DNA of 64,000 nt from the human T2T-CHM13v2.0 reference genome, Homo sapiens. The notes under the pieces were generated by a model that worked only from the letters and a program-made list of their open reading frames with translations, made no database searches and was not told where the DNA came from. A program made the translations under genes and the position numbers. Shown in pieces: positions 14,304 through 31,610 of the stretch; positions within the stretch are counted from its first letter, which is position 1; each line of letters begins with the position of its first letter. The stretch lies in assembly GCF_009914755.1 (NCBI RefSeq), contig NC_060930.1; one strand, 5' to 3'.

Positions 14304-15886
14304 TATATGTATACCCCTCAAATACTAGACAAAATAAAGTTGACATAGCAATGTTAATATCACACAAATAGATCTAAAGTCCAAAAGACATTCATACTAA
14401 TACATAGGGATAGTGTATAGTAACAACAGACATAATTCAACATAAATATAATAAACATGAAATTATTGTACTTATCATTTCTTTAAAATATATAAAGAAA
14501 AATTGGTGAAATTACATGGAAATACTGATGAATGTATAATCATAGGGGGGAATCAGTACCAGTTAGAATGTAGAAGTTTGGCACAGCAGAATTAACGAGC
14601 TTGATCTCATAACTATAAAGAGATTTCTACACCCAAAGACTATATTATCTTTTTATAAACATATAGAACACTTACCAATATTAACATGATACCGGGATTT
14701 GAAAGAACTTAAGTCATACATATAAACCCCACTGATAGTCATATAATTAAATTAGAAGTCAATGTTGCAAAGTGACAAAAACATAACTAAAGTACGTGTT
14801 TGTATACCTTAAAATGAATTTTTATATAAAGTCTGAATTGATAAAAAATTACTACATATTAAAACATGGACAAAGCTAATTTACTATTTAAAAATAAATT
14901 CAATAGCATTAAATTCATTTACTAGAAAACAGAAAGATTAAACTAAACCCAAGAAGCTAGAAAAATAACTGAAAAGTAAATCTAAAGATATAAAAGCTAG
15001 AAAATAATAAGACTGTAACAATTAAAGAAACAGAAACAAGATATACAAAGGATAACATAAATTCCAAAGCTGATTCTTTGAAAAGCTAATAAGCAGACAG
15101 ATTGCTAGCAAGTTTGATCAAAAATAGAAGATGAAGGTAATACAAAAAGGAGACAAAAATACAGAGTAGATGTTAAATATTATAGGAGAGCACTATAAAC
15201 GTTATGAAATAAATTTGATACTTAAAAAAATAGACACATTTCTAGAAAATTTTAAATGTCTAAAGTTGACCCCAGAAGGAACAGAAAAGGTGAAAAAACA
15301 AATAATCATGGAAGAAACTGCATTGGTAATAAAAAGTTCCTCAAATCAAGACTCTGGAGCCAAAATATAAGAGAATTTCCCTAACCTTTAAGAAACAAAG
15401 AAACAAACAAAACTTTTATCATCCAGTAGATTCTGAAAACAGAAAACGAGAGAAATTATCCAATTTATTTTATGAAGTTAATAAAATGAGAATATCAAAA
15501 CTGGGTAAGTCAGTATAAGAAAAGAAAGTTATGCAGCAATCATTTTAGTAAGCATAAACGGAAAGACCCCCCAAAAAATCAGAAAAATTAATTCCAGCAG
15601 TGTATAAAATAATTATTAACTTTTAAATATACACCATATTAAGAGTTTTTTAAAACTCATCATTTCAATAGATGCAAACAAAGAAAAGTAACACAATTCA
15701 ACCAATTGTCAATAATTGTTGACAAACATGCTTAGCAAACTAAAAATAAGTAAGTTGTCTTTCTAGCAGATACACTTTACTGGGAAGTTACACGAGCATT
15801 ATACCTAATGGTAAGACTTTAATACACATTTCTACCAAAATCAAAAATGATACAAACGTGGTTATCACCACTTCCATCCACCATTA

Positions 15887-16270
<384 letters not shown>

Positions 16271-17355
16271 TCAAAGTTAAACACATCAGTTATTTCTATT
16301 TTCCTCCAAATAAATCTATAAATTCAAAATTAAAGTCCCAAGCAAGGTTTATTATGGAACACTATGGAAGATGCTTAGATTTGTTTCTAGAGAAAACTGA
16401 AAGGCCTAAAATAGGCAAGAGAGTGTTGAAGGCTAACAAAGTTGGGAGACTTCCTTACCATATATCAAGAATTATTAAAAAACCATAATGATTAGGAAAC
16501 TTGGATATTTGTGTAGGAACAGACAAGTGATCTTATGGAAAAGAATAGAGAGCCTAGGTAGAGAAACATGCCTATGTAGAAACCGGATTATTGTAGAGGT
16601 GGCAGCACAACTCTATGAGGGAAGGATAAACAAGTTACTAAAAGGTACGGGGATAATTGATTATAACTGGAAGGATGTCAACCCACAGCTCACACTAAAT
16701 ACTAAGTTCAATTCAAGACGATTACAGATCTAAATGGGAAAAGCAAAACTCCTAAAAGTTTTAGAAGAAAATATAGAAATAAACATATGTGGACTTGGAG
16801 TAGAAAAGAATTTCTTAGACAAGATAAAAAACATAAAATCAAAAAGAAAAGATTCATGTCAGATCGATTTGAAATAAAAATGTCAGTTCAACAAAAAATA
16901 TAATAAATTAAAAGACAAGCTGCCGTCTGAGAGAAAATATTTGCAACATATAATTGACAAATCATTATAAATGAAAAAAATATAAAGAACTCCTAAGAAA
17001 TTCTTTTCCAGAAAGAAAAAAAAAGGCAACCTAATGAAATGTGAGGAACGGTGAATCACCAAACAATATGAATAGTTAATTCATTGAAGAAGACAACCAA
17101 AAGTTGAATAAATATGTGTAATGATGCTAAGCTCACCAGCAATCAGGGAGGCATACGTTAAACAAGGTATTATTTCCCACACATACAATTGGCAAACATT
17201 TTATAGTCGGACAAACAAAATTCTGGTGAGAAAATGGAAAAATAAAGCTCTCCTATTCTATAAGTGGGAATGTAAATTATCAACATTCAAAGAGCAATTT
17301 CAACATATCTACACTCATGACCCAGCAATTCCACTCCTGTGGCTATTCCCTAAAA

Positions 17356-18048
17356 CAGTAGTTCCAAATCTTTTTTTATCTCAGGAATCTTTTACATTCT
17401 TAAAAATTATTGAGAGTCCCAAAGAGCTTTTATTTAGGTGGGTTATATCTAATATTGTAATATTAGAAAGTAGAAATGAGAAATTTTTAAATATTAATGA
17501 GTTTGAAAATACCAGTAATATACCTATTACATGTTAAGATAAATAACATTTTTATGAAAAATAATTATATTTTTCAAAACCAAAAAATTTAGTGAGATTT
17601 TTGCCAACCTCTTTAAATCTGGCTTAATTAAATACAGCTGAATTATCAGATTTGCTCCTGCATTTAGTCTATTAAATTATGTTGTTTTTGTTGAAGTAGA
17701 TGAAGAAAATTTAGTCTTGTATTTGGAATAGATCTTTTACCCATGCATAATTTTGTAACATCATGGATTGATCATTTAGGAAATAATTGGTTTATTGAGT
17801 TACACAAATCCTCCAAGTGTGGACATACTTTATCATATGATATCAGAAAGTAATGTTCTTTGTTAATATTATCACTGATCTCATCTGAAAAAGTCCTTAA
17901 GTACTAGGAAGCCATCAGGCTATGGTGGCAGGTTTTACCAAAACCCCAATTTTTTTCTTAAGAGCTCAAATTTTATCATTGGAAACAAACATTGCCAATT
18001 TTCCTTGAAGTGAAACTCTCACTTCACTCATTTTTGAGAAAATGTCTG
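17356..18048. mobile_element. Charlie1-family hAT DNA transposon, one end only
   Basis: Starts 'cagtagttccaaa...ctcaggaatcttttacattcttaaaaattattgagagtcccaaagagctttt', matching the recalled Charlie1 terminus. Confidence 0.75.
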
Positions 18049-19998
<1,950 letters not shown>

Positions 19999-20152
19999 AC
20001 TTACCTCGAGTAGGGGAATATATGGCTCTTAGTAACAACATGGGAAGTTTCATTATTACAATTCAGTCACAACAAGAAAAGCCAACAGTACAGAAGCAAG
20101 TTATATGGGAGGAAGACATTGTTTTTCTAGGCCTTCAGTATAAACATTTCAG

Positions 20153-20738
<586 letters not shown>

Positions 20739-21084
20739 ATGTAGCATCGGGCCATAATAGCAGAGTTAGAACCAGAGAAAAAGATACAAAAACTGACAAA
20801 AAGTTTGAAAGTGAGAGTTATCACCCTAGCCAATCAAAAAGATACGCCTTTTAAGGGGAGAAAGCAGAGATGAAGACAATAACGCATGCCCTGCAAACCA
20901 TGTGCAGCAAGGTACAGCAAGTGGTGAACCCCTGAGATACGAATGCGAGAAGTCTCTAAAAGAAAAAATTTACCTTGAAAAACTAAATTACCATTCTGAA
21001 TGGAAAAGATAGCATTTCCAACCTGAAACTAGGGAAATCAAATAAGATCTCAGGAAATGTGGCAGAAATAGAAACTGCAGTTTA

Positions 21085-21416
<332 letters not shown>

Positions 21417-22167
21417 TTAGAATTTAAAAACCTCTTGCAATCTTACTAACAGCACATCAAAACATTAAAAAAAACTTGTTCTAACATAAGGCACCAAAGT
21501 TTTATTTTTGTATTAGTGTATTTTTAATATCAAAACTGTCTTTAGAAAGACATAAATAATTCCTTTATAATTAAAGCCAACTCAATCACACACACAATTC
21601 CTTACACAAAGTTTTCTTCATGAACCTTTTTATGACACTCAGACCTCAACAACATGCTTGGACTTTCTGCTTTGTCCTATACTTCCTCTTTTTTAAAATA
21701 ACCAGTCATTTGACATTAGAACAAAAATTTATCATAAATTTATTTTCTTTTCTTTTTTACCCTCCATACCAAAAATACATCTTTATACCCATAACTTTCT
21801 TCACATCTTTCCTACTTACTGGTTCCTATTTTGTTTCTTTTTTTAAAAAATCCATATTTTGAAACAACTTTTACATAACCTCTAGATTTGAAAAATAATT
21901 ATTTTTTTCAATAAAGAACATATTTCATGCCCTTCTTATAGTGTTTGTGATCAAAAACATCTTTTGGGACATATTTTATATAGACAGTTATATATATTAA
22001 TTAGAGCTTTAACACTTGAGAACCTTAATTTTTAGCAAGCAATTTAGAACTATTTGTCACATGGTAGTATTTTATAGATGAGAACCATTTCATAAATTTT
22101 AAAAACATGTTTTCCCATAGCATAATTTTTATGAGTATTAATAGATGCAAATATATTTAATCTTTTT

Positions 22168-22663
22168 TCATTATACTTTAAGTTTTATGGTACTTGTGCA
22201 CAACGTGCAGGTTTGTTACATATGTATACATGTGCCATGTTGGTGTGCTGCACCCATTAACTCGTCATTTAACATTAGGTATATCTCCTAATGCTATCCC
22301 TCCCCCCTCCCCCTACCCTACAACAGGCCCCGGTGTATCAATGAGATACCATCTCACACCAGTTAGAATGGCGATCATTACAAAGTCAGGAAACAACAGG
22401 TGCTGGAGAGGATGTGGAGAAATAGGAACACTTTTACACTGTTGGTGGGACTGTAAACTAGTTCAACCATTGTGGAAGTCAGTGTGGTGATTCCTCAGGG
22501 ATCTAGAACTAGAAATACCATTTGACCCAGCCATCCCATTACTGGGTATATGCCCAAAGGATTATAAATCATGCTGCTATAAAGACACATGCACACGTAT
22601 GTTTATTGTGGCACTATTCACAATAGCAAAGACTTGGAACCAACCCAAATGTCCAACAATGAA
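22168..22663 (-). mobile_element. L1PA4-like 5'-inverted (twin-primed) insertion
   Basis: Antisense 3' UTR 22168-~22336, then a sense ORF2 segment ~22339-22662; 13-bp TSD atttaatcttttt (22155-22167 / 22664-22676). Confidence 0.92.
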
Positions 22664-23432
22664 ATTTAATCTTTTTGTAAAATGTAAGAAGCCAAGAACA
22701 AACATATTTATGTTCAGTAATTCATTTTAGTTATTTTTATCTGATTTGGAAATGACCCAGGCAGTTAATGAGTATCTATTATTTAATTTAACATAACTTT
22801 AATATTTTAAATTATATGAAAAGCTATAGGTATTCATCCTATTTACATTTATCTAATTTATTTAATTTTTAACAGCTTACCTAGATTACATATGAAAACT
22901 GAGATATTAGACAAGCTAGTCGTCATTTCAAGTTATTTCCCATTAACCATTTTTATAGCCTATGAATATCAATTGCTCACCTAAGTAAGAAACTTAAAGT
23001 TAAATATATGGGTATTTTGTCAATAATTTAGAAGATACAGTTGTTTTCCTTACACCAACAATATTAAATTAGTCTTATGTATTAAAGAATTACACAAAGA
23101 TCATTCTGTTTTAGGCTAGGTTCATAGTTTTATCACCTTTATGTCAAACCCTGACATCTTATAACATCTAACAGAGACAAATATAAAATTGACTGACCAG
23201 TAAATCCAGGCAAAAATGTATGCTGACAATTCTGAAAACATTTCTGTTTTTTTATTTTAGACATAATTTTATTTTGAAATAATTTCAAACAAAAGTTTCA
23301 AGAAGAGTACAAAGAACTTTCTTATAGCCTTTGCCCAGATTCATCAATTGTTAATGTTTTGCCACATTTGCTCTATTATCTTTCTCTCTGAATCATTTGA
23401 AAGTAAGCTTCAAACATCAAGCCCCTTTATTT

Positions 23433-24243
23433 TGTCAGAGATGAAAAATGATTCCTCTACCCTCTTAGGTTTTTTCCTTGGAGGCCTGCAAATTAAACTG
23501 ATAAAGGACAGATTAGCAAGAAAAATAAACATTGAATGATGTTGGTAGGCATGGGAATTCACAAGGAAATGTGACTCAAGAAGATGATTAGAATTTTGGA
23601 CTAATATAACACCTTTTATTTATTTATTTTTGAGACAGGGTCTCACTCCGTCACCCAGGTTGGAGTGCAATGGTGCAATCTTGGGCTCAAGTGATTCATC
23701 CACCTCAACCTCCCAAGTAGCTGAGACTTCAAGTGCACGCCACCACAGGCAGCTAATTTTTGTATTTTTTGCAGAGACAAAGTTTCACTATGTTGCCCAA
23801 GCTGGTCTCGAACTGCTTAGTTCAACCAACCCACCCATCTCAGTCTCCCAAAGTCCTAGGATTCAGATGTGAGCCCCCATGCCCAGCCCTTATATACCAT
23901 CTTAATTGGGGATGGGGAGGATCAGAGGACACTTCTGGGAGAACCAATAACTTCTTAGAAAGGGTTTGGGGAAAGGGCACTTACGGAAAAACAAATGATT
24001 TTTTTGAAAGACAAATGGGCCTTTAGGAGAGTAGATAGGAGATATGATAATTTGATGACAATGTCTACTTGGGTGAGGTGACAATTTCTCATCTCCATCT
24101 AAGTCACTCTCGGGGAGGGGATTTATGGCAACTGAGTTTTTTGTTGGTAGGTTCTGCTTTTAGACAGATAAGAGATTTCAGGAACTCAAATGCCTTAGGG
24201 CCCAAATAATTAATGACACAATGGCTTCTTCTGGACCCCTTCA
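23433..24243 (-). mobile_element. MER34-family ERV1 solo LTR
   Basis: Reverse complement begins 'tgaaggggtccagaa...attatttgggccctaaggcatttgag'; TG..CA ends; 4-bp TSD attt/actt. Confidence 0.65.
23614..23888 (-). mobile_element. AluJ inside the MER34-type LTR
   Basis: 'gagacagggtctcactc...gggctcaagtgattc...cactatgttgccca'; degenerate TSD. Confidence 0.9.
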
Positions 24244-24919
24244 ACTTCCATACTGCAGCCTGTGTTGCCTGAGAACTTAGGTAAACACAGAACATTGTCA
24301 AAATCAGGACATTCAATGCTATTAGCCCAGAGCTGAGCACCCTGTGCCTGTTCCTCAAGTGCCTCTCGGCTGGCATTTTTTGTTTAGAAAAGAGGTTGGC
24401 TAAGCTTCTTGCAGCTATGTGAGGACTCTGTCTTAGCAAAGATTTCTAAAGTGTCTACTCTGTGCCAAATAGTGTTCTAGACACATGACTCAAGTGATGT
24501 TTGATAGCCACATGAGGTTCTCCATCAAACCCACAGACCTATTTTTATTTTACCAATAACTTTTAAACCAGTTAGTTATTGTAGATTTACTTAAGTCACA
24601 TGAACCAAAAAGCATTTGGGTTAATTACTATATATTTTATGTTCTATATGAGTGTTCATTTATTTAAGCCAATCTGAATACAATTTCTTAAGGCCTTTTT
24701 GGCTGACTATACTGGATTTTATCACGTAGAAACAACATACAATATAATACATGTACATATGCATAAACACACCTAAACTTATATACACACACAAAGATCT
24801 TATGGCTTTCCTTTCAGAATTTTTGTCATAATATAGTAATATAAACTCACCAGTTTAAAAAAGACAATTGGATCCAAATTATATTTCTCATAAAATTGGG
24901 ACTTGTTCACATGTTTAAC

Positions 24920-25208
<289 letters not shown>

Positions 25209-25934
25209 ATCACATGGCTAAACTTTATTTGTCCTGATAGGTAATCTAATGAAGGCTGTGGACCAAAATTTTGGGTAAAGCTGTTTCTGTGGCCGGTGGG
25301 AGAAAAATTTGCAGCAGTTTTTGTTTGTTTTCTGGCTTTTTCCTTTTGCTTCCTGCATGACACATGTAGTGAAATTTTTATGCCATATAGACATACTTTA
25401 TATTATTGCTCTGACTTCAATATTTTGACCAATTTGATCTGAGACCCTAACTTTTATAAACATTTATCTAGTTCTTTTTTATTAGCTATCATCCGAGGCA
25501 ATTTTTAGTCAAGCAAACCTAAATTTATATTTCTTAAAGGTGTCTAAGTTGTTGGTTACCATGGAACTTTTGTAATTTGTAAAGCAATTAATTTGGAAGC
25601 CCTTTAAGATTTTTATTTTATCTTGGCTGGAGTACCATAAGCAGTGAGTCTTATCTCACCATTAGAAAATTCAACATATTCAAAGTAGACAGGTAAAAAA
25701 AAATAGAGAGGTAGACAAAGAACTTAGAAGGCTCTACATATTAAGTCTATAGTTGCAGGGTTTTTTGAGAGTTTGAATGATGATCACTGAGCTCTGAATT
25801 TTTATTGATGTGATTTTGCCCATCAGTTTAAAAATATGCACAAGAACAGGCCATAATATGCAGCCAGGTGGAATCCTAAAATATCTGGCATGCCTTAATG
25901 TTTGAAAATCCCATACCATTTCCTTTTAGCCTCT

Positions 25935-28130
25935 TGATAGGTTAATAAGATAATGATAATCTCATCTTGAATTGTGGCTCCCATAATCCCCACATGTGGT
26001 TGGAGGACCTGGTAGGAGGTAATATAATCATGGGGGCTGTTTCCTCAATGCTCTTCTTGTGATAGTAAGTTCTCATGAGATCTGATGGTTTTATAAGGAG
26101 CTTCCCCCTTTGCTCAGCTCTCATTCTCCTTCCTGCCATCATGTGAAGAATGACGTGTATTCTTCCCCTTCTGCCATGATTGTAAGTTTCCTGAGGTCTC
26201 CCCAGCTATGTTGAACCATGAATCAATTAAACCTCATTCCTTTATAAATTACCCAGTCTTGTGTATGTCTTTATTAGCAGCATGAGAAAAGACTAATGCT
26301 GCAGAGAGTGGGGTGCTGCTATAAAGATACCTGAAAATGTAGAAGATACTTTGGAACTGGGTAACAGGCAGAGGTTGGAACAGTTTGAAGTAATCAGAAG
26401 AAGACAGGAAAATGTGGGAAAGTTTGGACTTTCCTAGAGAGTTGTTAAATGGCTTTGACCAAAATGCTGATAGTGATGTGGACAATGAAGTCCAGGCTGA
26501 GGTGGTCTCAGATGGAGATGAGGAACTTGTTAGGAACTGGAGTAAAAGTGACTCGTGTTATGCTTTAGCAAAGAGACTGGTAGCATTTTGCCCCTGCCCT
26601 AGAGATCTGTGGAACTCTGAACTTGAGAGAGATTATTTAGGGTACCTGGCAGAAGAAATTTCTAAGCAGCAAAGCATTCAGGAAAAAACAGAACATAAAA
26701 GTTTTGGAAAATTTGCAGCCTGACAATGCAATAGAGAAGAAAAAAAACATTTTCTGGAAAGAAATTCAAGCCAGCTTCAAAAATTTGCATAAATAATGAG
26801 GATCCCAATGTTAATCACCAAGACAATGGGGAAAATGTGTCCAGGACATGTCAGAGACCATGGCAGCCCCTCCCATCACAGGCCCAGAGGACTAGGAGGA
26901 AAATAATGGTTTCATGGGCTAGGCCCGGGGCCTCCATGCTATGTGCAGCCTAGGAACTTGGTGCCCTGAGTCCCAGATGCTCCAGCCATGGCTAAAAGGT
27001 GCCAAGGTACAGCTCGGCCCATGGCTTCAGAGGATGCAAGCCCCAAGCCTTGGCAGCTTCCACATGGTGTTGAGCCTGTGGGTGCACAGAAGTCAAGAAT
27101 TAATATTTAGGAACCTCCACCTAAATTTAAGAGGAAGTATGGAAATGCCTGGATGTCCAGGCAGAAGTTTGCTGCAGGGGCAGAGCTCTTATGGAGAACC
27201 TCTGCTAGGGCAGTGCAAAAGGGAAATGTGGGTTCGGTGCCCCTACGCAGAGTCCCCACTGGGGCACTGCATAGTGGAGCTGTGAAAAGAGGGCCACTGT
27301 CCTCCAGACCCTAGAATGGTAGATTCACCGACAGCTTGCACCATGCACCTAGAAAAGCCACAGACACTCAACACCAGCCATGAAAGCAGCCGGGAGGGGG
27401 GTGTACCCTGCACAGCCACAGGGGCAGAACTTCTCAAGGCCATGGGAGCCCACCTCTCACATTAGCATGACCTGGATATGAGACATGGAGTCAAAGGAGA
27501 TCATTTTGGAACTTTAAACTTTAATGACTGCACTGTTGGATTTTGGACTCGCATGGGGCCTGTAGCCCCTTTGTTTTGGCCAATTTTTCCTATCTAGAAT
27601 GGCTGTATTTACCCAATGCCTGTACCTTCATTGTATCTAGGAAGTGACTACTTGCTTTTGATTTTACAGGCTCATGGGTGGAAGGGGCTTGCCTTTTCTC
27701 AGATGACTCTTTGGACTTGGACTTTTGGGTTAATTCTGGAATAAGTTAGAATTTGGGGGACTGTTGGGACGGCATGATTGTGTTTTGAAGTGTGAGGACA
27801 TGAGATTTGGGAGGGGTAAGTGGTGGAAATGATATGGTTTGGCTATGTCCCCACCCAAATCTCATTTTGAATTTTAGTTCCCGTAATCCCCACACGTGGT
27901 GGAAGGGATCCAGTGGCAGGTAATTGAATCAGGGGGTGGTTTCCTCTGTGCTGATAGTGAGTGAATTCTCACAAGATCTGATCATTTTATAAGGGGCTTT
28001 TCCCCCCTTTGCTGTGCACTTCTCCTTCCTACCACCATGTGAAGAACGTGTTTGCTTCCCCTTCTGCCACAATTGTAAGTTTCCTGAGGCCTCCCCAGCC
28101 CTGCAGAACTGTGAGTCAGTTAAACCTCTT
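25935..28130 (+). mobile_element. THE1D-like MaLR provirus: 5' LTR 25935-26297, internal 26298-27829, 3' LTR 27830-28130 (3'-truncated)
   Basis: Two THE1 LTR copies flank the THE1 internal sequence (ORF 'WESLDFPRELLNGFDQNADSDVDNEVQAEVVSDGDEELV' is the typical MaLR internal product); polypurine tract before the 3' LTR. Confidence 0.93.
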
Positions 28131-28690
28131 ATGCTTTTGTACAAGCAGGTGTAATCATTTCAGTATTATTTGTATAAGAACAAATTGGAAACAATCCAAA
28201 TGTCCATCAACATGAGAATGAATAAATAAAATAGTGTACATTTATTCAAGGGCACACTAAATAGCGTTTAAGGCTGAATGCACTAAAGATATATCCATCA
28301 ACACGAATAATTTTCAACACCATAATGTTGAATCAAAAACAGCTGAAGAATAAGTATAGTATCATGCCACTAATAAAAAGTTTAAAATTTAAAAAAAACC
28401 ATATCATACACTATCATATATTTTATAATTATATTATAGTAAAAGTACAAAAACATATCTGGGAAGGATAAATATTGAATTAATCATAATAGTGGGAAAA
28501 AAATGAGATCAAGGAGAAGTTTGTAAGGGCAATTAATTGCCCCAATGTTTTATATCACCAAAAAATATCTGAAGCAAATATGGAATCATGTTAAGACTTA
28601 ATCAAGATGTGTGGTAGATATGTATGTATACTTTACATTAACAACTATTCATGTGTGGATGCTTGAAATCTTTCATAATTTAAAAAACAT
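28131..28690 (+). mobile_element. 3' end of the ancient L1ME3-like element
   Basis: 'aaattggaaacaatccaaatgtccatcaac' and L1ME3-type tail 'tctgaagcaaatatgg...ttgaaatctttcataatttaaaaaa'. Confidence 0.7.
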
Positions 28691-30149
28691 CTTCTAAAAT
28701 AAATTAACTTTAGGTTTATGATTTTTTAAATGAAGAGTCTTCTCTGCTTTTTAAAATCACATTAATAAACATAAAATATAATTAAATTGATGTTCCTTAA
28801 ATTTAGATGTGGAGAAGAATTAAAATTTTAAAAACAGAAAAATTATATTGATAAAAGGATTCTCTTCAGAAATCGAGGCAGAGGAACAGGCATTTCCCTG
28901 ACATCACCAGAAACGTTATACAAGCGGAGAGAAATACTCTGGGATGATTACCAACATTGACACTGTTCCATTATTGATCCCAGCCCACAGGCTACTTGTT
29001 TATTAGTGAAATTCACCATGGTTAACTCACATTGATGACTTTGGAAAAAAAGAGAAGCATCCTGGGGGAGGGAGATGGAACAGGGATGAGAAGAAGTTGC
29101 CTCATTGTGAATGAGGACCCAATGGCATAGTAGGAAAACCATCATGCTATGTTTAAGCCCTGAAAATTTTCACAAAATATTAATAGGAATTAATCTTCTT
29201 TCCTACTATAATTTAAATTCAATGAACTTTAATCTTAAGTGTGAAGTCTAAACTCTTTCCTAAGTAAGAAGTTTTTTGCATATATTGATTTGCCACACGT
29301 ATATCTAATTTTTTGTTATTAAAGAGATAGTATTATATTCTTCAAATATAACTAATGATTCCTTGATTAATCAAGAAAAGAATAAGCAACCCTTTTGATT
29401 CCCTTCCTTATCTTTTTATCTAGCTCTCATTTCATTATTAATAGGACAGTTCCCAGAATGTGGGCAGAAAAGGGGAAAGGATATTAAACATAATTACAGG
29501 AATTTTGACATAAGTAGAAATTGAAGCTATTAAATATTTTAATTTTATGGTAACATATTGATCTTATGTATTCGTTTTCTGTATTTTATTCTATCCCAGC
29601 AATTCACTTATAGTTAATTTTGGTATTAAGTATCCCATCATATTTATAAATGCCCTGCATATTATTTACAAACACCTTATGCCAAAGATGGAGCATTTAA
29701 GATGTGGATCAGTTGATGAGCTCTATAATCCGGCTCAAACTATATCATCCCTGATACTGCAATCAGTGTTGTCCTCCTGTTAGTGAAGCTCAGTTCCATC
29801 AGGATGCTTATCACCTGCAGCAACTCAAGAAGAATCAGAGGGTAAATGAGATTAAGACAGTGTACTGCACTTGGTCTAGTGGGAATATGTATATTAAATA
29901 AGTAATTGTCAAAGTAACATGATATTTAAAGTGACCTTTTTCCTGGGACTCAAATCTAAGGACAAAGATAAGTCACACATACACACACACACAGCTGAAA
30001 GTGGACCAGATAAATCCTCAGGGCTTATTAAGAATCATCCAATCTAGTTTTACAAAAGAATACTGAGAGCAGAGAAGGCTGAGAAAGACACTGGCAATTT
30101 ACTCAGGGAGGGGTGAGTACCATGACTTCTCCCTCCAGAAGTAAGCAGG

Positions 30150-30594
30150 GATTCTATAAGAATGTCTCCTAGATGTTGGGAAACAGGCATCTCCACACCT
30201 TGGCTGGGCATCTGCTTAGACAAAGGGCTGCTGATCGGCCCTCTGTTGGGTGGGGATAGGAGAGAAAAGAACTGGGAAGACAACAGCAAGGCAGATTGCC
30301 ACACAAAGGAGCAATCTGTTCCCCGCTATTGTGTGCACAAAGATGCATGACTCTTCCTTGCATGGCATCAAAGAAGGGGTCCCACCTGAGCCATGTTGCA
30401 CATGTGCCATGTCGGGGGCTGTTCTGGCCACCCAGGCCACTTTCACACACAGCAGGAGGCTGTGGGGCGTTCCACAGAGGAGGGAGCTGAAAGAGGGTTC
30501 TAAGAGGTCACAAAGAGATGATCTCCCATAAAGAAAACTGCACAGTGGGGACAGAGCCCGCTGAAGAATTCATAGCACTAGAGAGAGCCCACAG

Positions 30595-30636
<42 letters not shown>

Positions 30637-31050
30637 GTTAGGGCTAGCATTAGCCAGTGGAACCAGCATTAGCCCAGAGAGGAACTTCAGCTGAAGCCAG
30701 AAATTCAAGAGGACCCCTCACTCCTCTCTCCTGGCCCTTTTTTCCCTCCCCAACCCAATGGAGCTAGGGCCAGAGGACGGGGGAAGAGATGTGAAAGAGG
30801 AGGGGCCCCTGCTGAAAACCTCAGGCCCCAGCTGGGGATGAGGGTTGGGTGGAGGAGAGTAGAGAACACGTTTTAAACTGAACTGGTATGGATTTTTAAT
30901 AACTGAAAAGGATTAGAGACCTAAGAAATCTGCCTGAGATGTAACTAAGGGATGAAACTGATAGAGTTAAGAAAAATTGATTAAGGTGAAAATTAAAATA
31001 AATAAAACAAAACCATGTCTTGTTCATCCCTGTACCAAGTTCAGACTACA
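30150..31050 (+). mobile_element. Possible ancient LTR (family not determined)
   Basis: GC-richer block ending in AATAAA then '...cagactaca'; resemblance only. Confidence 0.3.
30597..30634. repeat. (TG)n microsatellite, ~19 units
   Basis: Direct reading. Confidence 0.95.
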
Positions 31051-31399
31051 CAATAAATGAATTGCATAGATTGGCTGGGTGTTGGGCAAGAAGCCAGGGT
31101 GATGTGGGAGCATGTAGAAATGGCCAATGCAAGGGAAAAATTGTAGGATGAGGAGGAATTAACCAGGCAAAGGTTGGGAACAGGCTGAAGCCAGGAGAGA
31201 GGAGTAAATCCAAGGAATCATGGCCATGGCTGATATGGCTGTATTGCTCCATTGATCCATTAGCTCAACCACATTCAACAGATAAGCCAACTGTTTGCTC
31301 AATTATTTTTTGATCCTATATTCCTCTGCACTCTACCTTCACCCTCGAAGGAGTCAACCACATTCAGTGCCAATTTTTAAAACTAGCCCGAGTTGGAGG

Positions 31400-31610
31400 A
31401 ATTGTATGTAATGATTAAAAGCACAAGCTGTAGAGGCAAAATGCCCAAGTTCAAACCCTGACAATGCCACTTAGTAACTGGGTCCTCCAGTTTTCTCATC
31501 TGCAAAATGGGATAACAATAGTATCTTCCTTTCGGTATAGTTGGAAAGATTAAATGAGGTAGCTAGTACAATGCCTGTCATTTAGCAAAAGTGCAATAAA
31601 TGACATTACA
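31400..31610 (+). mobile_element. MIR
   Basis: 'ttcaaaccctgacaatgccacttag...cagttttctcatctgcaaaatgggataacaatagta...gattaaatgag'. Confidence 0.8.

Larger units (their letters stand above)
23262..24320 (-). mobile_element. L1MC4/5-like 3' end, split by the MER34-type LTR
   Basis: 'ttttattttgaaataatttcaaac...agtacaaagaactt...cccagattcatcaattgttaatgttttgccacatttgct' continues after the LTR as '...attgtcaaaatcaggacattcaa'. Confidence 0.65.

Noticed and set aside
26412-27285. 103-aa and 114-aa ORFs
   Set aside because: Broken THE1 internal reading frames
28085-28105. PRDM9 hotspot motif in the THE1 LTRs
   Set aside because: The copies read cctccccagccct, tctccccagctat and cctttccagccat; none matches CCNCCNTNNCCNC
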